Positions 27,758-32,000 of a stretch of DNA of 32,000 bases are shown here, one piece after another (the first letter of the stretch is position 1; each line of letters opens with the position of its first letter). Source of the stretch: Promethearchaeia archaeon (GTDB lineage: Archaea > Asgardarchaeota > Lokiarchaeia > Sigyniarchaeales > SOKP01); the NCBI GenBank assembly GCA_046497275.1, contig JAWOFX010000054.1, forward strand, positions 60,001-92,000, in the 5' to 3' direction. The notes beneath the pieces were generated by a model. It was not told the DNA's origin. It saw nothing but the letters and a program-made list of their open reading frames with translations, and searched no databases. A program made the position numbers and the translations under genes.

Positions 27758-29215
27758 ATGGGAGGTCTCTTCGGAGTTGTATCAAATAATGATTGTGTTA
27801 ATGATCTATTTTATGGAACAGATTATCATTCACATTTAGGAACAGTGAGAGGAGGACTAGCGGTTAAAAATTCAGGGGGATTACAAAGATATATTAAAAA
27901 TATCACTACTTCTCAATTTCGATCTAAATTTGAAGATGATATATCTAAAATGCATGGAAACAAAGGAATCGGAGTAATTAGTGATTATGATGATCAACCA
28001 TTAATTATAAAGTCTCACTTGGGAGTTTTTGGGATAGTAACAGTAGGAAAGATCATTAATATAGGAAGTTTGGCTGAAAAAATCTTAAAAAATGGAATTA
28101 CTTTTTCTGAAATGCATGGAGGGGAAATTAACCCTACCGAGATGGTTGCAACATTGATTAGTCAAGAAAATACTTATGAGGAAGGAATCAAAAAAGTTCA
28201 TAATGAGATTGATGGATCTTGTACACTACTTATTTTAACTGATAAAGGAATATATGCTGCAAGAGATAAATTTGGTAGAACACCATTAATAATAGGCAAA
28301 AAAAAGGAAGCATATGCAGCAACAATGGAAACTTGTGCATTTCCTAATTTAGGATACAATATAGAGAAGGTTCTCGGACCTGGTGAAATAGTTTTTATAA
28401 ATGAAAAAGGGATTACACAAAAAATACCACCTGGAAAAAAAATGCAAATTTGTTCCTTTTTATGGGTTTATTATGGTTATCCCGCATCGAGTTATGAAAA
28501 TATTAATGTTGAAGAAGTGCGTTATAAATGTGGTAAAAATCTAGCTAAAAATGACACTATCGATATTGATATCGTAGCGGGAATTCCTGATTCTGGAACT
28601 GCTCATGGGCTTGGTTATGCCAAACAATCGGAAGTAAATTTTTTAAGACCTTTTGTAAAATATACTCCAACATGGGCAAGAAGCTTTATGCCTCAAGATC
28701 AAAAGATACGTGATAATATTGCAAAAATGAAATTGATTCCCATAAAAGAGCTTATAAATGGAAAACGGATTTTATTCTGTGAAGATTCAATTGTAAGAGG
28801 TACTCAACTTAGAAAGACAATAAAAAGACTTTATGAATTAGGTGCAAAAGAAATCCATATGAGACCTGCATGTCCTCCTTTAATATTTGATTGTCCATTT
28901 CTTAATTTTTCCCGATCGAGATCAGAGTTAGACCTTGCTGGTAGGAGAGCAATCAATAAATTAAATGGCGAGAATATTGTTAATCCATTTGAATATAGTG
29001 ACCCTAATTCAGAAAAATATAGAAAAATGGTTGAAATGATACGCAAAGAATTAAAATTGACAAGTCTTAAATATCAAACACTTGAAAATTTAATAAATGC
29101 AATTGGGTTACCAAAAGAAAAATTATGCACTTATTGTTGGAATGGAAAGGGGCTAAGTTTTAAATTGGAATTGATAGATTCAGAAAAAGATGAATTAGAA
29201 ATATTAAATGAATAA
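27758..29215 (+). CDS. Amidophosphoribosyltransferase-like protein lacking the N-terminal catalytic Cys
   Basis: Starts MGGLFG instead of (M)CG.FG. Retains RDKFGRTP, GIPDSG, CEDSIVRGT and the Fe-S Cys set (ICSF, DCPF, CTYC). Confidence 0.8.
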   Translation: MGGLFGVVSNNDCVNDLFYGTDYHSHLGTVRGGLAVKNSGGLQRYIKNITTSQFRSKFEDDISKMHGNKGIGVISDYDDQPLIIKSHLGVFGIVTVGKIINIGSLAEKILKNGITFSEMHGGEINPTEMVATLISQENTYEEGIKKVHNEIDGSCTLLILTDKGIYAARDKFGRTPLIIGKKKEAYAATMETCAFPNLGYNIEKVLGPGEIVFINEKGITQKIPPGKKMQICSFLWVYYGYPASSYENINVEEVRYKCGKNLAKNDTIDIDIVAGIPDSGTAHGLGYAKQSEVNFLRPFVKYTPTWARSFMPQDQKIRDNIAKMKLIPIKELINGKRILFCEDSIVRGTQLRKTIKRLYELGAKEIHMRPACPPLIFDCPFLNFSRSRSELDLAGRRAINKLNGENIVNPFEYSDPNSEKYRKMVEMIRKELKLTSLKYQTLENLINAIGLPKEKLCTYCWNGKGLSFKLELIDSEKDELEILNE

Positions 29216-29272
29216 ATTAATCCACATTTAGAAAAAATTCGCCGTGGTATTAACATCAGTTAATTTTTAATA

Positions 29273-30793
29273 TCAATTTCGTGATGATGTTATAGATTTT
29301 TCTATTCCTTTAAGTTTTTCTACAGATTTCAATGGATATCGACCTGTTAAACATGCCTTACATAAATCACTTTTTAATCCTATAGCATCTTTTAGATCAT
29401 CAATGGTTTGATATAACAACGAATCAGCTCCTATAATTTTCTTTATTTCTTGAATGCATTCATCCCCCTTATATTGTTGCAAACATTTCCCAGCGATAAG
29501 CTCAGTACGAGTAGGAAAATCAATACCCATATAGCAAGCACTAATTATTGGAGGACAACTAATTCGAACATTAACAGATTTTGCCCCTGCTTTTTTTATA
29601 AGGGATATTATTTGTTTGGTTGTAGTCCCTCTGACAATTGAATCATCTATTAAAATTACATCCTTTCCATTCACAACACTTTTTATGGGATTTAATTTTT
29701 CTTCCACCGCACTTTTACGTTTCTGTTGCCCCGGCATAATAAATGTACGCCAAACATATCTATTTTTCATCAAACCCTCACCATATGGTAATTTTGCCTC
29801 GTTAGCATATCCAACAGCTGCACTCCTTCCTGAATCTGGAACAGGCACCACTATTGCATTTTCCTTAAATTGAGGATCTTTTAATTTAGGATCACGTTGA
29901 GCTAATTTTTTTCCCATACGTAACCTCGCTTCTGCGACTGATACTCCATCAATTACAGAATCAGGTCGAGCAAAATATACAAATTCAAACATGCATACTG
30001 CTGTTTTTTCCGTTTTTAGGATGAGTTCAGAATGAATCTCTTTTTGATGACTTAAATGAATAATCTCACCTGGTTTTACGTCTCTTATAAAATCTGCTCC
30101 TACAGAATCAATTGCACAAGATTCTGAGGCAACGAAATAGAGATTTCTATTCTCTGTTCTCTTTTCTCCTATACATAGTGGTTTAAATCCTAAAGGATCT
30201 CGCATTGCATAAATGTCACCATTTGGTGTTAACAAAATAAGAGAATATGCACCATCTAAGAATTTACTCATTAGCTTCAAGATTTCTGGCCAATTTTCAC
30301 TTCCGAGAGATATAGAAGCAATTAATTGAGCAATTACTTCTGTATCTGTTTTAGTAACAAATACCCTTCCCATATCTTCCATTTTAGCCTTTATTTCAGC
30401 ATAGTTTGGAATCGTTCCATTAAATGCGAAAGAAAACTCAATTTCATTATTATTAAAATGATAAGGTTGAATATAATCTTGAGAATAATACTCTTCAGAG
30501 CCAGTAGTGGCATAGCGATTGTGTCCAATTCCCACATTGCCCCAATATTGAGATAATTTTTTACTATCCAATACCTTTGACACTAATCCTTTTTGCTTAT
30601 ATGTATAAATTTTTCCTCCTGTTTTTAAAACTGAAATCCCAGTTGATTCTTGCCCTCGATGTTGTAGAGCGATTAAGCCCTTATATAGATATTTTGACAC
30701 CGAAAATCCAATATCATCGCATGTAACTCCAAAAATAGCACAATGCTCTTTTGGTTTATCCTTAACAGAATAATCTAATTGATTTATGCGCAT
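29273..30793 (-). CDS. purF: Amidophosphoribosyltransferase (canonical, with propeptide)
   Basis: 17-aa propeptide then CAIFG, LQHRGQES, GHNRYAT, RDPLGFKP, PDSG, IDDSIVRGTT, CKAC. Confidence 0.95.
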   Translation of the reverse strand: MRINQLDYSVKDKPKEHCAIFGVTCDDIGFSVSKYLYKGLIALQHRGQESTGISVLKTGGKIYTYKQKGLVSKVLDSKKLSQYWGNVGIGHNRYATTGSEEYYSQDYIQPYHFNNNEIEFSFAFNGTIPNYAEIKAKMEDMGRVFVTKTDTEVIAQLIASISLGSENWPEILKLMSKFLDGAYSLILLTPNGDIYAMRDPLGFKPLCIGEKRTENRNLYFVASESCAIDSVGADFIRDVKPGEIIHLSHQKEIHSELILKTEKTAVCMFEFVYFARPDSVIDGVSVAEARLRMGKKLAQRDPKLKDPQFKENAIVVPVPDSGRSAAVGYANEAKLPYGEGLMKNRYVWRTFIMPGQQKRKSAVEEKLNPIKSVVNGKDVILIDDSIVRGTTTKQIISLIKKAGAKSVNVRISCPPIISACYMGIDFPTRTELIAGKCLQQYKGDECIQEIKKIIGADSLLYQTIDDLKDAIGLKSDLCKACLTGRYPLKSVEKLKGIEKSITSSRN

Positions 30794-30925
30794 TTTAACA
30801 AATAGAACAAGAGAAAACTTTTCTAACTCTTGTTAATTATAATAATTATAATTTTACAATTAATTTAGTGTTTTATAATTTTTATTAATTAGTTTAATAC
30901 TTAATTAATAAACTATAAGAATTTC

Positions 30926-31615
30926 GTGATTAAAATAAGCTCAGAAAGGAAATATTTAGCATTCTTATTATTAATTGGAGGAGAAAGTAAAAGATTTGGC
31001 GAAGATAAAGGATTATTTAAAATTGGCAACAAACATTTAATTGAATATCAAATTGATACTTTAAATGAATTCAATTATGATTTATTTTTAGTTGCTCACT
31101 CTAAACACCAAGTTAAAAAATATATTGATAATATCAATTATAAGAATATCACTGGCTTTATAGTAGATGAATCAAACGAATTTTTTAAGCAAGATATCAG
31201 ATCACCCATGCTTGGATTATATTCTTCTTTTAAAGAATTACAAAAACATTCGTATCAAAAATGTTTTGCTATTTCTTGTGATATGCCATTTATTCACCTC
31301 AAAGTGGTTGAATTTTTAATAAATAAATCTTTTAATTTTGATTGTTGTATGCCTATTTGGAATAATAACTATATTGAACCATTATTTACTATTTATCCAG
31401 TAAAAAAAGCTTTTTATAGCGCACGAGAAAATTTAAATAATAAACAATTTAAGCTAACTAATTTAATTAAACCTAATTGGAAAGTAAATTTTATTTCAAT
31501 AGAAAACACCATTAAACATCTTGACAAAAATCTTCTTACTTTTATCAATATCAATCAAAAAGAGGATTTAGAAGATTTAAGCTTAGATTTATTTAAAAAG
31601 TATAAAGAAAAATAA
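30926..31615 (+). CDS. mobA: Molybdenum cofactor guanylyltransferase-like protein
   Basis: LLIGGESKRFGEDK (cf. LAGG.S.R.G.DK), ISCDMPF, IEPLFTIY, FININQKEDL; GTG start. Confidence 0.7.
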   Translation: MIKISSERKYLAFLLLIGGESKRFGEDKGLFKIGNKHLIEYQIDTLNEFNYDLFLVAHSKHQVKKYIDNINYKNITGFIVDESNEFFKQDIRSPMLGLYSSFKELQKHSYQKCFAISCDMPFIHLKVVEFLINKSFNFDCCMPIWNNNYIEPLFTIYPVKKAFYSARENLNNKQFKLTNLIKPNWKVNFISIENTIKHLDKNLLTFININQKEDLEDLSLDLFKKYKEK

Positions 31616-31645
31616 AAAAATAAGATTAAATTTTAATAGTTTAGT

Positions 31646-32000
31646 TTAGTAGAAGTCTTCTCTTGGTAGGACTCCGCTAATAATCCCGAGAACGCCACCC
31701 GCTAATAATAAGTAAACACCTAAACCTGCATCTCCCAAATTAACTAAAAACGGAAATACATCGCCATATTGTTCACCTATAGAAGCAAGAACGAATAGTA
31801 AATAGAGTGGTCCAGATGTTCCTCCAAAAATATCAGGAACATATAATGCCAACATAAAAACTAAACCTAAAGTCAGTGGAAAGAGAGAGAAAATTATTAT
31901 TACAGCTCTGCTTTTTATACCAATTAATTGTAGGACTCCTGAGGCTAACCAAATTATGAATAATATAACAAAGACCCAATATAATATTATATTTATTCCA
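31646..32000 (-). CDS. Partial multi-pass membrane protein; start lies beyond the window
   Basis: The frame of the track's 69-aa ORF stays open to base 32000 (...INIILYWVFVILFIIWLASGVLQLIGIKSRAVIIIFSLFPLTLGLVFMLALY...LPREDFY*). Confidence 0.7.
   Translation of the reverse strand, partial: GINIILYWVFVILFIIWLASGVLQLIGIKSRAVIIIFSLFPLTLGLVFMLALYVPDIFGGTSGPLYLLFVLASIGEQYGDVFPFLVNLGDAGLGVYLLLAGGVLGIISGVLPREDFY

Noticed and set aside
2509-30556. Short antisense or nested ORFs in the track (e.g. 2509-2700, 8945-9139, 10541-10783, 11603-11788, 12020-12214, 12615-12842, 13048-13299, 13223-13675, 15444-15644, 16249-16692, 20491-20727, 20990-21220, 26334-26897, 28831-29046, 29450-29873, 30326-30556)
   Set aside because: All lie inside well-supported genes, mostly antisense, and show no motifs. 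They are expected shadow ORFs.
1-32000. CRISPR arrays, IS elements/transposases, integrases, tRNA and rRNA genes
   Set aside because: No regularly spaced repeats, terminal inverted repeats around a transposase ORF, or GC-rich structured-RNA segments were seen by eye. A covariance-model scan was not possible.

Overview
AT-rich archaeal window, most consistent with an Asgard archaeon (Lokiarchaeia-like). This assignment is inferred from a Sec-containing VhuU with a eukaryote-like SECIS, longin-like domain proteins and GTGATC-type ribosome-binding sites. Left to right: a partial zinc-ribbon protein; a small glycan-modification cluster (membrane-anchored hexapeptide acyltransferase, GT2, polysaccharide deacetylase, RfbF-like nucleotidyltransferase); two tandem Cys/His-rich paralogues; a coiled-coil/HEAT protein; a [NiFe(Se)]-hydrogenase/heterodisulfide-reductase locus (cooC, hypC, hdrB, hdrC, vhuU, vhuA, vhuG, hypD, hypE, hypF); a 7-TM protein; a phytoene-desaturase-family plus FNR/[2Fe-2S] pair; two tandem longin-like fusion paralogues; hisF-hisH; a Cys1-less PurF-like gene facing a canonical purF; mobA; and a partial membrane protein. 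The key element missing from the ORF track is a 50-codon minus-strand gene (11390-11542) with an in-frame TGA at the hydrogenase Ni-ligand position (RCYDC-U-LSCAAH). It is followed by an AUGA...AAA...GA SECIS-like hairpin whose core UGA is also the gene's stop codon. VhuG carries a duplicated 8-Cys Fe-S module. No rRNA, tRNA, CRISPR array or mobile element was recognised. All calls come from motif reading, not database searches.
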